NCBI GenBank assembly: GCA_038064875.1
Contig: JBBTSC010000001.1
Location: 251,004 to 315,003 of the forward strand
Source of the DNA: Patescibacteria group bacterium
GTDB taxonomy: Bacteria > Patescibacteriota > Saccharimonadia > Saccharimonadales > 2-12-FULL-41-12
Direction of reading: 5' to 3'
Length of the DNA stretch: 64,000 nt
How positions within the stretch are numbered: position 1 is the stretch's first letter; each line of letters opens with the position of its first letter. This document shows, one piece after another, positions 16,366-27,170 of this stretch. The notes beneath the pieces are model-generated. The model made no database searches. It had not been told where the DNA came from and saw only the letters and a list, made by a program, of their open reading frames with translations. The translations under genes and the position numbers were made by a program.

Positions 16366-18399
16366 TTAATTGAGCGTGGTAAATATCTGGAATTCTTTGA
16401 CTCGCTTTTTAAACTCAGGATATTTATTGATATCGAGCGTCTTCACATGTTTTTTGACCAGGCTACTCGTGTACTCTATAAATTTTGCATCTGACATATC
16501 TACCATTCTGAAATCCAGGGCTCCGTGTTGCAAAGATCCATAGACCGCCCCAGGACCACGTAGCTCGAGGTCAAATTGAGCTAGCTTGAATCCGTCATTG
16601 ACATGAGTCATTTTATCTAACCTATATGTATTAGATGTCTTGTCAGTAGGTACTAGATAACAATACCCTTGCCATTTGCCTCGACCAACCCTACCTCTGA
16701 GTTGATGTATTTGTGCTAGACCAAAACGCTCTGCGCTCTCAATGACCATGATGCTCGCATTCGGCATATCTACACCGACTTCTATTACAGTAGTGCTGAC
16801 CAAAATATCTATTTTACCATCTGCAAAATTGTTCATTATTTTGTCTTTTTCATCTTGTTTTATGCGTCCATGAACTACTTCTATCTTTGCAGTTGGTAGA
16901 GCCTTTTCGTATATCTTTACAACCTCTGCGACTGAATTTGCCTTCAAACTACTAGAAGGGTCAATCACTGGACAAACGACGAAAACCTGACGTTTTCCCT
17001 TTATCTCTTTTTCTATGGCGGTAAATACTGTCTTTCTGTCATCCCAGCCGACAAGCTTGGTTGCTATCTCTTTCCTACCTGGGGGCTTATCGTGAATTAT
17101 TGATATATCTAATTCCCCAAATATTGTCAGAGCTAGAGACCGAGGTATTGGTGTGGCTGTCATTGAGAGAAAATGTGGAGCCAGCTTGCCTGTCTTTTGT
17201 AATTCTTTACGCTGATCCACGCCAAACCTATGTTGCTCGTCAATCACCACCAAAGCAAGATCCTTGAAACTTGTTCCTTTGCTTATAAGTGAGTGAGTGC
17301 CTATTAATATGCCAGGATTGCCTTCAGCAAAGTATTTGCGAATTTCTTTTTTTTCTTTGTCTTTTTGACTACCTACTAGTAATTTTACCTGCTGTTCAAG
17401 ACCCAACTTCAACAAATATTGACTAAAAGTCTTGAAATGTTGTTTGGCCAGAATCTCAGTTGGCGACATGATGGCAATTTGTGCATCTTTCTTGAGACAG
17501 AACAAACTAGCGAACAACGCAACCATGGTCTTCCCGGAGCCAACGTCGCCTTCAACGATCCGGTTCATTGGTTGGCTTGATCCTAAATCTTTAATAACTT
17601 GCCACGCTATCTTTCTCTGGTCATCCGTCAAGTCAAATTCTAGACTGTCAGTCAACTTTTTAAGCCCACGAGTATCTTCTTCTGTGTATTCAAATTGTGG
17701 AGCTTTATACAGCTTTAACTCTTGTCTATTGAGCTGGCTGGCGAACATTGCTACAAAAAGCTCGTCAAAAGTTAGTCTTTTCCTCGAACTTTGTATATCA
17801 TCTTTTGACTCTGGTAAATGAATTTTACAGATAGCCTCATATCTACTTATAAGCTCGGTTTCCTTGCTCACTTCTTTCGGTAGCCAGTCAGCGAAGTCTT
17901 TTGAACCAAGTTGTTTGAATACTTCAGCGTAGATTTTGCGAATCTTTGTAGATTTGAGCGTTTTCGTCTCTCTATATATTGGCAGTATCTTCGCCGTGTT
18001 GACAGGGAAATCACTAACAAGCTCAATACTGGGGCTCGTAATAGAAAATTGACTTCTCCTCAGATCGTATACACCACTTATAAAATATTCCTGTCCCGGT
18101 TTTATTGAGTTTTTTCTATACGGCTGGTTGAACCATACTAATTTGACACTTCCGGTGCCGTCAGAAGCTATCGCCTCCGTTATATGCATACCTCTCCTGA
18201 CATATCTGCCAACAATATTGTTGATCCTTGCTCTTGTACTAATCTGACCCATCGATAGATCTTTGATTTTCTCTACCTGCGAATAGTCTTCATAGCGCCT
18301 TGGATAATTCTCCAACAAATCAGATAAATCATGAATCCCAATCTTTTCTAAGTCACTTAGCAGGGATTTTCCAACACCTTTAATTTCATCAAGTTTCAT
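16366..18399 (-). CDS. recG: ATP-dependent DNA helicase RecG
   Basis: 677 aa with an N-terminal wedge/OB region and helicase motifs GDVGSGKT, DEQHRFG, SATPIPR-like MTATPIPRS and QLRGRVGRG. Confidence 0.95.
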   Translation of the reverse strand: MKLDEIKGVGKSLLSDLEKIGIHDLSDLLENYPRRYEDYSQVEKIKDLSMGQISTRARINNIVGRYVRRGMHITEAIASDGTGSVKLVWFNQPYRKNSIKPGQEYFISGVYDLRRSQFSITSPSIELVSDFPVNTAKILPIYRETKTLKSTKIRKIYAEVFKQLGSKDFADWLPKEVSKETELISRYEAICKIHLPESKDDIQSSRKRLTFDELFVAMFASQLNRQELKLYKAPQFEYTEEDTRGLKKLTDSLEFDLTDDQRKIAWQVIKDLGSSQPMNRIVEGDVGSGKTMVALFASLFCLKKDAQIAIMSPTEILAKQHFKTFSQYLLKLGLEQQVKLLVGSQKDKEKKEIRKYFAEGNPGILIGTHSLISKGTSFKDLALVVIDEQHRFGVDQRKELQKTGKLAPHFLSMTATPIPRSLALTIFGELDISIIHDKPPGRKEIATKLVGWDDRKTVFTAIEKEIKGKRQVFVVCPVIDPSSSLKANSVAEVVKIYEKALPTAKIEVVHGRIKQDEKDKIMNNFADGKIDILVSTTVIEVGVDMPNASIMVIESAERFGLAQIHQLRGRVGRGKWQGYCYLVPTDKTSNTYRLDKMTHVNDGFKLAQFDLELRGPGAVYGSLQHGALDFRMVDMSDAKFIEYTSSLVKKHVKTLDINKYPEFKKRVKEFQIFTTLN

Positions 18400-18532
18400 C
18401 TCCTTATAATAGCAAACGACTTTCTTAAGCCTAGCTTAAATTATCCATCAAAATAATTATTGTGCTTTAGCATTTGGTGCTATAATCAGTAGCACGTAAC
18501 CAAAGTATTATAAGAGGTGATTTAGTATATAT

Positions 18533-21520
18533 ATGAACTCAGACAGACGAAAAAGATTACTCAGACACAGCTCAAGCAGAGACAAACATTACGTTACAAA
18601 AAAAGGTAATAAAATTAAGCTCCACAAATCATTGGCCAGCAAAATAAGCGCTAAAAAAGACGAACGCTCACGGCGCCGTGCTGCCTATCTAGCTACCTTG
18701 CCCGATGGTCGCTTACAGAGAATACTGTATCGTCTACACCCAAAGCGCGTCTACAAATACTGGATAAGTCCAGAGGGGCGCATTATGGCCCTCAAGCTCT
18801 TCGGTATTGGAGCACTGGCTGGATTTTTGATCTTGGTAGGTATTTTTGCTTACTTCAGAAAAGATTTGCCTAACCTAAGAGATATCTCTGGCAACAAACT
18901 CGGTGGATCAATCCGATACTATGACAGATCAGGGCAAAAACTTCTTTGGGAAGACTATGACGCCGTAAAAAGAACACCAGTAAAAGATGATGAGATCCCT
19001 CAGATTATGGAAGATGCTACTGTAGCCATAGAAGACAAAGACTTCTTCTCACATGGCGGATTCGACACAAGAGGAATCCTTCGTGCTGGAGTCAACAACA
19101 TCACTGGTAGTAGCGGAAGTACACAAGGTGGATCAACAATCACCCAACAACTTGTTAAGTTAACTCAGAACTGGAGCAAAGACAGAACATATACCCGTAA
19201 GGTTAAAGAGCTGATTCTAGCCGTAGAACTTGAGAGAACATACTCAAAGAAAGAAATCCTCACCGGATACCTAAACACCGCACCATATGGTGATATTACT
19301 TACGGAGTAGAGTCATCTATGCAAGACTACTTCAACAAACCTGCTAAAGATATGACCTTAGATGAGGCTGCATTCCTAGCTTCTATCCCTAAATCGCCGA
19401 CCTACTATTCACCGTATGGATCACGATTTAACCGTGAGGCATTAATCGGAAGGCAACACTATATACTTGATCAAATGGTTGGCCAAGGTAAAATCAAGCC
19501 AGACCAAGCCAAAGAAGCCAAGCAAGTTGATACTCTTGCCAAGATAAAGCCACGTAAACCAAAATATGATGGAATAAGCGCACCATGGTTCGTCCTGGCA
19601 GCCAAAGAACAATTGCAGGCTAAATTCGGTGCAGAAACAGTTCAGCTCGGTGGATGGAAAGTAACAACCACTCTTGATCTTGAAAAACAAAAGATTGCTG
19701 AAGAAGAATTAGGTAAAGGCATGCGTCAAGTTCGAGCCCAAGGCGGTGACACAGCGGCCTTCGTCTCTGAAGATGTCAAAACAGGGCAAGTTGTTGCTCT
19801 GATCGGTGGTACTGACTTTAATGATCCAGACCACGGGCAGAATAACTACGCACGGCTCAAATTACCTCCGGGCTCTAGCTTCAAACCATATGACTATCTG
19901 TCTGTCATAGAAAATACACAAGATTTTGGCGCAGGAAGCGTACTCTACGATGCACAGGAATTTGTTGATGGATACCCATGTACCAACAAAGCCCCGGCCA
20001 AACAAGGCGGAAATTGTCTACATAACTATGACCTTCGCTATGCTGGCCCTATAACACTAAGGTACGCCTTAGGAGGCTCTAGGAACGTCCCAGCCGTAAA
20101 ATCAATGCTCATAGCCGGCATAGACAAAACTATCGAAACTGCAGACAAATTAGGACTTAAAGACCTTGGTGATGAACGTGAAGGCAACGGTTATAAATGC
20201 TACAAGGATGAGCTACAAACCAAAGAGACCCCATGTTATAGCTCCTCAGCCATTGGAGATGGTGCCTACCTGAAACTCGATGAGCACGTACATGCCTATA
20301 GCACAATTTCCCGTAACGGAAATCTGATCCCACAGACATATATCATGAAGATTGAGGATGCAGGCAACAAAAACCTCTACGAGTGGAAAGCAAGTCCAGG
20401 GAAGCAAGTCGTACGCGACGAATCAGCATATATTGTAGCTGACATGATGAGCGATCCTAACGCCAGCTATTTCAGTCGAAAACCTCAAAAATATCTCGGA
20501 CACAAATTTGCCCTTAAGACCGGTACTACCAACGACGCCAAAGATGGTTGGATGATGGGCTTTTCCCCTCAATATTCAACAGGTGTATGGGTCGGTTACC
20601 ACAACAGGCAAAAAGCCATGAGCGGAGCCATGGAGAATATGACAGAACCAATTTGGAGTGGCTATATGAAACGCATCCACAAAGATCTAAAAGCAGAGGA
20701 AAGGCCAAAGCCGAAAGGCCTTCAGACACTCCCAGCCTTTGTTATTAGAAGCCACGTTGGATTTGGATCAGTAGAACCAAGCCCAGCTAACGACCTATTC
20801 CCTTCATGGTACAAGAAAAAGGCTAAGACCAATAGTAACGAAACCATTGACATAGTTTCTAACAAACTCGCTACAGACTGTACACCAGCGCGTGCTAAAA
20901 AGCCGGCAAACAATGCCAACGCCAACCAATTCTCTAGCGACAGATTCCATGGTGGAGGAGGAACGACAGGCACCAGTGAAAAAGATGACGTCCACAAATG
21001 TGAAGACGCCAAACCTGCGGTCAGCATATCTGTAGATCCGAATCCTTGTGTCACAGCGTGTAGAATCACAGTAACCGCCACTGCCGGAACCCACCCAATC
21101 TCTAGCAGTAAATTCCCAGGTACTATAAATGTCCGGGTCGGAGACCAAGTTGTTCAGTCACTCCAGATCAATGACAGCCCAAGCACCGTCAGCTTTGTCT
21201 ACAACGTGGCAGTTACAGGACCTCAAAATGTGTCGGCAGAGGTAGTGGATAGTGTTCTCTACGATGCTTCCGACAGCCGATCTGTAACTATGTCAACCGC
21301 CAGTCCTCTTTCATTGACGGCGAAAATAAGTGGTGGCAATACTAAATTCACCTGGAGCGGTGGAACTGGAACAGTTAGCATATATAAAGGCGCTGTGTTC
21401 CTTTGCAACGGAGGACCTAGCTCAAACTGTCAAGTACCTGTAGCTACAGCTCCAAACGGCACATCAGTCTCAGCAAAAGATAGTAACGGCACACAAAGTA
21501 ACGCTACAGTCGGTCCATAA
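18533..21520 (+). CDS. Class A penicillin-binding protein (glycosyltransferase GT51 plus transpeptidase) with long N- and C-terminal extensions
   Basis: GT51 motifs EDKDFFSHGGFD and GGSTITQQLVK. Transpeptidase motifs SSFKP, SRN and KTGTT. An AGAGGTGA Shine-Dalgarno sequence lies upstream of ATG 18533, with TGCTATAAT further upstream. Confidence 0.93.
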   Translation: MNSDRRKRLLRHSSSRDKHYVTKKGNKIKLHKSLASKISAKKDERSRRRAAYLATLPDGRLQRILYRLHPKRVYKYWISPEGRIMALKLFGIGALAGFLILVGIFAYFRKDLPNLRDISGNKLGGSIRYYDRSGQKLLWEDYDAVKRTPVKDDEIPQIMEDATVAIEDKDFFSHGGFDTRGILRAGVNNITGSSGSTQGGSTITQQLVKLTQNWSKDRTYTRKVKELILAVELERTYSKKEILTGYLNTAPYGDITYGVESSMQDYFNKPAKDMTLDEAAFLASIPKSPTYYSPYGSRFNREALIGRQHYILDQMVGQGKIKPDQAKEAKQVDTLAKIKPRKPKYDGISAPWFVLAAKEQLQAKFGAETVQLGGWKVTTTLDLEKQKIAEEELGKGMRQVRAQGGDTAAFVSEDVKTGQVVALIGGTDFNDPDHGQNNYARLKLPPGSSFKPYDYLSVIENTQDFGAGSVLYDAQEFVDGYPCTNKAPAKQGGNCLHNYDLRYAGPITLRYALGGSRNVPAVKSMLIAGIDKTIETADKLGLKDLGDEREGNGYKCYKDELQTKETPCYSSSAIGDGAYLKLDEHVHAYSTISRNGNLIPQTYIMKIEDAGNKNLYEWKASPGKQVVRDESAYIVADMMSDPNASYFSRKPQKYLGHKFALKTGTTNDAKDGWMMGFSPQYSTGVWVGYHNRQKAMSGAMENMTEPIWSGYMKRIHKDLKAEERPKPKGLQTLPAFVIRSHVGFGSVEPSPANDLFPSWYKKKAKTNSNETIDIVSNKLATDCTPARAKKPANNANANQFSSDRFHGGGGTTGTSEKDDVHKCEDAKPAVSISVDPNPCVTACRITVTATAGTHPISSSKFPGTINVRVGDQVVQSLQINDSPSTVSFVYNVAVTGPQNVSAEVVDSVLYDASDSRSVTMSTASPLSLTAKISGGNTKFTWSGGTGTVSIYKGAVFLCNGGPSSNCQVPVATAPNGTSVSAKDSNGTQSNATVGP

Positions 21521-21525
21521 ATAAA

Positions 21526-22233
21526 TTACTTTTTAGGTGATTGCTTGACTAGACTTGCAAAGATCATCTTGCCTGCTTCTGTCTGCAAATAACGATTAAC
21601 TTCTACTTCTATAGATTTGTTGATCATTTTTGAAGCGTTGTCGACGACTATCATTGTCCCGTCTTCCAAATAGCCAACACCTTGGTCTTTGTTGCTCCCT
21701 TTTTGGACAATAGTAACCCTAGTCTTTTCCCCGGGCAAAATAACCGGACGCAACTTCTGAGAAAGGTCGTTAATATTGAGCGTCTCTACTCCACTGACCT
21801 TGGCAACCTTGATCAAGTTGAAATCAAGTGTTACTAATTTTGCTTTCCGCGCTTTTGTGAAATCAACCAAGAAATCGTCAACTTTCGTGCCTTTAGGTGG
21901 CGTCTCGTCGACAATCTCTAGCTCTACATTATCCAGTTGCTTTATCTCAGCAAGCACATCGAGCCCGTGTCGAGCTCTTGAGCGCTTGTATGAATCACTG
22001 CCGTCCGCCAAAGTTTGTAGTTCTCTAACTACCATATTTGGGACCAGCAGTCTGACACCAGAAAACCCAAGTTTTATTATTTCTAATATTCGTCCGTCTA
22101 TCAGCGTACAAGAGTCGACAACCCAATCTTTAGAGCTGGTCTTATTGATAGGTGAAGGCAAACCTTGTTTTTTTGTTAGTAGCACTATGACTACTAGCAG
22201 TAAGCCTAAATTTATTATTTCTATTATATTCAT
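21526..22233 (-). CDS. PIN/TRAM domain membrane-anchored protein (YacL-like)
   Basis: N-terminal TM helix, a PIN-like core (VVDSCTLIDGRI...) and a C-terminal TRAM-like beta domain (RVTIVQKGSNKDQGVGYLEDGTMIVV). Its position after radA matches the Bacillus radA...yacL neighbourhood. Confidence 0.78.
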   Translation of the reverse strand: MNIIEIINLGLLLVVIVLLTKKQGLPSPINKTSSKDWVVDSCTLIDGRILEIIKLGFSGVRLLVPNMVVRELQTLADGSDSYKRSRARHGLDVLAEIKQLDNVELEIVDETPPKGTKVDDFLVDFTKARKAKLVTLDFNLIKVAKVSGVETLNINDLSQKLRPVILPGEKTRVTIVQKGSNKDQGVGYLEDGTMIVVDNASKMINKSIEVEVNRYLQTEAGKMIFASLVKQSPKK

Positions 22234-22240
22234 ATATTAT

Positions 22241-23611
22241 TTACTTCCTTAAAAATTCGTTTAATGTTGTTTTGATATCTGTTGCTTGATGATACTTACA
22301 ATCTTTTAGATTCTTGAGCGTATCTTTGCTAACTTTAGGTCCAATAATATGTTTGTAACCCAGCTTTGCTGATTCGCTAATTCTCTTTTGGACGATTGCT
22401 ACGTGGCGCACTTCTCCGGAAAGACCAAGTTCACCAAAGACAACTGCATCGCTCTTAAGCGCCATTCCCTTGGCAGCAGAGCCTATCGCCATGGCCACAG
22501 CTAAGTCCGCTGCGGGGTCAGATAATTTTATTCCACCAACTATATTGATATATACATCTTTGCTGGAGAGATTGAGCTTAGTTCTTTTTTCTAGCACAGC
22601 AATTAGCAAGTTCAACCTATTGAGATCAAAGCCACTTGATGCGCGCTTAGGGTAACCAAAATGAGACTCATTGACCAAAGCCTGGACTTCCACAAGAAGT
22701 GGGCGCGATCCTTCTACGGTAGCGAGGATTATTGAGCCATCGGTTATCTGTCGCTCACTCAATAGAGCTTCTGAAGGGTTGGATACTTCTTTTAGCCCAG
22801 AGTCTACCATCTCAAAAATTCCTGCTTCGTTTGTTGAGCCATAGCGGTTTTTTATTGCACGTAGGACCTTGAACCCACCGTAGCGATCACCTTCTAGTTG
22901 CATCACCACGTCAACAATATGCTCAAGTATTTTAGGCCCAGCGATGTTGCCTTCTTTGGTCACATGACCGATCATCACAACTGTTGTGCCTGATTTTTTT
23001 GCCACATTCATAATCAAATTAGTCGAATTAGTTATCTGAGAAACTGATCCTGTTGAAGAGCTCACTTCACTCATCCCAATAGTCTGGATAGAATCAATAA
23101 TTACCAAATCATATTTGGAATTACTTATCTCACCAGCAATGTCATTCGTGCTGTTACTGGCAACGATATGTAGATTGCCTTGTTTTGCACCTAATCTGAC
23201 CGCTCTACCGGCGACTTGAGCTACCGACTCCTCTCCGCTAACGTAAAGGACTTTTCTGCTTTTGGCGACACTAGAAGCAATCTGCATTGTCAAAGTACTC
23301 TTGCCAATACCAGGCTGTCCGACAAGTAGATTAATACTAGCTGGGGCAAAACCACCACCAAGCACCAAGTCTACATCTGACATCTCAGTTTTGATACGTC
23401 CCTTTTGGTCTTTGCTAACTAAATCATTCCATTTGTCACTGATGCTTAGGTTTTTTGCGGATCCAAGAAAATTTGATTCTTTTTTACTGTCCAAAGAGAT
23501 CGATTCTTCAAATGAGTTCCAGGAATCACACGACGGACACTTACCCGCCCAAGTGGCTGAAGCATAGCCACATTGACGGCAGACAAAATTAGATGATTTC
23601 TTCGCCATCAC
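22241..23611 (-). CDS. radA: DNA repair protein RadA/Sms
   Basis: Zinc finger CRQCGYASATWAGKCPSCDSW, Walker A GQPGIGKST, KNRYG motif and a Lon-like C-terminal domain. Confidence 0.95.
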   Translation of the reverse strand: MMAKKSSNFVCRQCGYASATWAGKCPSCDSWNSFEESISLDSKKESNFLGSAKNLSISDKWNDLVSKDQKGRIKTEMSDVDLVLGGGFAPASINLLVGQPGIGKSTLTMQIASSVAKSRKVLYVSGEESVAQVAGRAVRLGAKQGNLHIVASNSTNDIAGEISNSKYDLVIIDSIQTIGMSEVSSSTGSVSQITNSTNLIMNVAKKSGTTVVMIGHVTKEGNIAGPKILEHIVDVVMQLEGDRYGGFKVLRAIKNRYGSTNEAGIFEMVDSGLKEVSNPSEALLSERQITDGSIILATVEGSRPLLVEVQALVNESHFGYPKRASSGFDLNRLNLLIAVLEKRTKLNLSSKDVYINIVGGIKLSDPAADLAVAMAIGSAAKGMALKSDAVVFGELGLSGEVRHVAIVQKRISESAKLGYKHIIGPKVSKDTLKNLKDCKYHQATDIKTTLNEFLRK

Positions 23612-24564
23612 TGTGCACCATCCAGTGGGTTGATGTTGGCATCTATTGCTTGCATTAGACCTTTCTCTTCAGTAACAAGTTCATTCCTCTGGGCAATGAT
23701 ATTATTATATGTCTCGATCTGTTCTTTTGTCTTAGACAGAAGGTTATTGTATTCAGAGACAGAACTATTAAATGCTTCTATCTGTGGATTTAACTCCTCG
23801 CTCTGCCCTCTTGCAATTCCCTGCTCTATACTCTTGCGTCGTCCGAGCAACTCATCGCTCATAGCTTTCAAGTCCTCTTGGTTTTGATCAATAGTAGCTT
23901 TTAGGGATTCAAGTTGCTTGTCGTACGCTGAAACTTGATCCTGAATAGACACAAAGGCCTGTTCATAATCACTAGAGTACTTCACAATCTTTTGGCGATC
24001 GGTGAAATATTTAGCGTAATATTCTTCTAAGACCGGAGAAAGTTCTGCTACTTCCGTACCCATGATCGAATGAAGTTCGTTCGCTACTATTGAGGGATCT
24101 TTGGCTCTATATGCTTCAACGTTCTTACGAACTCTGGGATTCTTGACATTTGGATAGACTCTATCTATTTCTTTATCAATCTTAGACTTTTCCTTGCGCG
24201 GAAGTCTGTCATAGGCAGCGTGGAGCATCTCGTGTGCTGATGTAACCTGCATGACACCTGCAAGCTTAGGCTCATCGACATTAAGTACAAAAATACCCTT
24301 ATGCTCCACATAGCAACCGAGAACAATTGACTGCTCATCTACCGTGCAATCTTCTGTGAAAGCCTTCTTGTCGTCAAATCTTGGTTTATTAACGTAGAAG
24401 ACTTCTCTGGCATGACCTGTCATTGTAGTATCCTGCGCCATTTTCAACACAGAATCAGTCGGCGTATAGCTACGCAGGATCAGCCAGTCAGATAAATTCT
24501 GAAAGTTTGTCGCAATAACAAGTAGTACTAAAAATACTCCAATGAGTGATAATGTTTTTTTCAT
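23608..24564 (-). CDS. Hypothetical membrane-anchored protein with an HExxH motif and a C-terminal coiled coil
   Basis: N-terminal TM/signal segment (LIGVFLVLLVIA), HEMLH at VTSAHEMLHAAY, then a heptad-rich tail of about 120 aa. Its stop overlaps the radA start by 4 bp. Confidence 0.62.
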   Translation of the reverse strand: MKKTLSLIGVFLVLLVIATNFQNLSDWLILRSYTPTDSVLKMAQDTTMTGHAREVFYVNKPRFDDKKAFTEDCTVDEQSIVLGCYVEHKGIFVLNVDEPKLAGVMQVTSAHEMLHAAYDRLPRKEKSKIDKEIDRVYPNVKNPRVRKNVEAYRAKDPSIVANELHSIMGTEVAELSPVLEEYYAKYFTDRQKIVKYSSDYEQAFVSIQDQVSAYDKQLESLKATIDQNQEDLKAMSDELLGRRKSIEQGIARGQSEELNPQIEAFNSSVSEYNNLLSKTKEQIETYNNIIAQRNELVTEEKGLMQAIDANINPLDGAQ

Positions 24565-24590
24565 AAATTGTGATTATTTTACGATGGCAC

Positions 24591-27065
24591 TTAGAGAGTT
24601 TCGTCGTTAACAGAGAATGTCAAACTGCCTCTTTTTGCACCTATATCAATAATAGCACCTTTTGGTAGTTTGCCACTTATAATCTTATCTGAAATGTACT
24701 CTTCGATATGATTTTGGATAACTCTTCTCAGTGGACGAGCTCCATTTTTTGGGTCATATCCTTCTGCAACAAGTATTTTCTTTGCGCTCGGCGAGAGCTT
24801 CACACTAACTCCGTTTTTCACCAGACGTTGGTTTAACTCCTCTACTTGCAGATCGAGGATCTTCAGCATCTCAGTTTTACTCAGAGACCCGAAGACGATC
24901 ACTTTATCTATCCTATTGAGAAGTTCTGGACGCATCATCTTACGCAAACTCTTCATAACTTCAACCTTATTTTTATCGTCCTTCAAATCTTTATATTCTT
25001 TGTCGTCTTTTGACGATACAGAAAAGCCGAATTCGCCATCTTTTTGTAGCTTTTCTGCACCAATATTGCTGGTCATGATCACAAGAGTATTCGTAAAGTC
25101 CACAGTTCTACCTTTGCCATCAGTAAGTCTGCCATCTTCTAAAATCTGAAGTAATATGTTGAAGATTTCTGGATGTGCTTTTTCTATCTCGTCAAATAAT
25201 ATTAGACTATACGGTTGTCTACGAATTTTGTCAGTAAGCTGATTCCCTTCACCATATCCCACATATCCTGCGGGAGCGCCTATCAGTCGAGATATATTGT
25301 GATGTTCACCAAATTCACTCATGTCAATTCTGATTAATGATTGTTCACTTCCAAAGAATTCTCGGGCTAATACTTTGGCCATTTCTGTTTTACCTACACC
25401 TGTTGGGCCTAGGAATACAAATGAACCAATTGGTCGTTTTTCACTTGAAACACCACTTCTGTTACGACGGATTGCCTTGGCCAAAGAAACAACAGCTTCT
25501 TCCTGTCCTATAACGTATTTAGACAATGTCTTTTCCAAGTTCAACAGGTAATTTGCTTCACTTTTAATAACTTTTGTCACAGGAACACCTGTCATTTTAG
25601 AGACAACTTCTGCAACGGTGTCACTATTTATCTCTAGTGCTTTGCCCTTGTTAATCTCAGACTGCATGCTCATCAATTCTTGGCTGAGCTGGCTGACTCG
25701 TGTTTTATATTTAGCGGCTTGCTCATAATCCTCTTGGAGAGCAGAATCTTCTATCTTTACTTGTAGTAGGCGGAGTTCTTTTTGGATATCCCTATATTCT
25801 GGAGGCGTTTTGCCTTGGTTGACACGTACATGTGCCGAGGCTTCGTCCATCAAATCGATGGCTTTGTCTGGCATAAAACGGTCATTAATATAACGATCTG
25901 CATAACGAACAATATCTTCAATCACCTCGTCACTTATTGATACATTATGATAGCTTTCATAGTGTTTTCTAAGCCCTTTTAATATATGAATTGTCTCACT
26001 GGGGGTAGCGGGCGGAACAACAATCGGCTGAAAACGACGCTCAAGCGCAGCATCCTTCTCAATATATTTGCTGTATTCATCGATAGTTGTTGCGCCGATA
26101 AGTTGCATTTTGCCTCGGGCAAGTGCTGGCTTTAAGATATTTCCGGCGTCCATTGATCCTTCTGCGCTACCGGCACCTACTATCAGATGAAGTTCATCTA
26201 CAAAAACTATTGTCTGAGTATCGTTCTCTAGCTCAGCCATAACTTTCTTTAGACGTTCTTCAAATTCACCGCGGTACTTTGTACCGGCTATCATGGCAGC
26301 CAGATCGAGCATAACTATACGTTTGTTCAGCAAGTTATCTGGGACATCTTCACTTACAATTCGAGCAGCCAAACCTTCAACGATAGCTGTTTTGCCCACT
26401 CCCGGCTCTCCTATGAGGACTGGATTATTTTTTGTCCTTCTACTCAATATCGTGATAATTCTTTTTATTTGAACATCTCGACCAATGACAGGATCTAATT
26501 TTCCGCCTCGTGCTTTGTCGGTCAAATCAGTACCAAAGAAATCAAGCGCACTTCTAGCTTGGCCAGAGCGTCTCTGTCTTTTGGCTTCGAGCATACCCTG
26601 ACCGCCCATATTATTACGATTTAGAAATTGTTCAAGTTCTCTTATTAAGACCGCTGGCTTTACTCCCAAGTTGCTCAACAGTTCTGTTGCTCGAGAATTT
26701 TTTTGACTTAATATACTGTAAAGTATATGTTCTGTACCACAGTATTCACTGTTAAATTCACGTGACAACTCAAATGCCATACGAAGAGTTAATTTGGCTA
26801 CTTCGCTCAGTCCTTTGAGTGGCAAATTTGCCATCATGGCATGAGTCACGGTGACTTGCTTTGCACCTTCCATAGTAACGCCACTATCTTTTAGCATTTT
26901 AGCAGCCACTGAATTATCCTGCGCTAACAACCCGAGTAGTAGATGCTCTGTACCAACATAAGGGCTACCTTGTTTTCTAGCAATCATGTCAGAATGCCCA
27001 AGACTAGCAAGCGCATTTTCGCTCAAGTTATTCAGATAATCATGAAAGTCAGATTGTGGTAACAT
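24591..27065 (-). CDS. clpC: ATP-dependent Clp protease ATP-binding subunit ClpC-type (class I AAA+)
   Basis: Two Clp_N repeats; two Walker A sites ([16 protein letters not shown]); a short M-domain with a UVR-like segment; and a possible ClpP-docking G-F tripeptide (EFGFS). The length of 824 aa fits ClpC better than ClpB. Confidence 0.9.
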   Translation of the reverse strand: MLPQSDFHDYLNNLSENALASLGHSDMIARKQGSPYVGTEHLLLGLLAQDNSVAAKMLKDSGVTMEGAKQVTVTHAMMANLPLKGLSEVAKLTLRMAFELSREFNSEYCGTEHILYSILSQKNSRATELLSNLGVKPAVLIRELEQFLNRNNMGGQGMLEAKRQRRSGQARSALDFFGTDLTDKARGGKLDPVIGRDVQIKRIITILSRRTKNNPVLIGEPGVGKTAIVEGLAARIVSEDVPDNLLNKRIVMLDLAAMIAGTKYRGEFEERLKKVMAELENDTQTIVFVDELHLIVGAGSAEGSMDAGNILKPALARGKMQLIGATTIDEYSKYIEKDAALERRFQPIVVPPATPSETIHILKGLRKHYESYHNVSISDEVIEDIVRYADRYINDRFMPDKAIDLMDEASAHVRVNQGKTPPEYRDIQKELRLLQVKIEDSALQEDYEQAAKYKTRVSQLSQELMSMQSEINKGKALEINSDTVAEVVSKMTGVPVTKVIKSEANYLLNLEKTLSKYVIGQEEAVVSLAKAIRRNRSGVSSEKRPIGSFVFLGPTGVGKTEMAKVLAREFFGSEQSLIRIDMSEFGEHHNISRLIGAPAGYVGYGEGNQLTDKIRRQPYSLILFDEIEKAHPEIFNILLQILEDGRLTDGKGRTVDFTNTLVIMTSNIGAEKLQKDGEFGFSVSSKDDKEYKDLKDDKNKVEVMKSLRKMMRPELLNRIDKVIVFGSLSKTEMLKILDLQVEELNQRLVKNGVSVKLSPSAKKILVAEGYDPKNGARPLRRVIQNHIEEYISDKIISGKLPKGAIIDIGAKRGSLTFSVNDETL

Positions 27066-27110
27066 TTGTTTTGCCCCTTTTGCTAGTTTTTTATAACTAA
27101 CCTAACTCCA

Positions 27111-27148
27111 ATTGTAGCGAATTAGCACTCGTCAGTCAAGAGTGCTAA
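27111..27148 (-). promoter_or_regulatory. CIRCE inverted repeat fused to the clpC promoter
   Basis: Minus strand reads TTAGCACTC-TTGACTGAC-GAGTGCTAA (27148-27122), a perfect match to the CIRCE arms. TTGACT in the spacer, then 17 nt, then TACAAT (27116-27111). A leader of about 40 nt with AAAGGGG precedes ATG 27065. Confidence 0.82.
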
Positions 27149-27170
27149 TATACGCATTTTAAGTCTGTTA

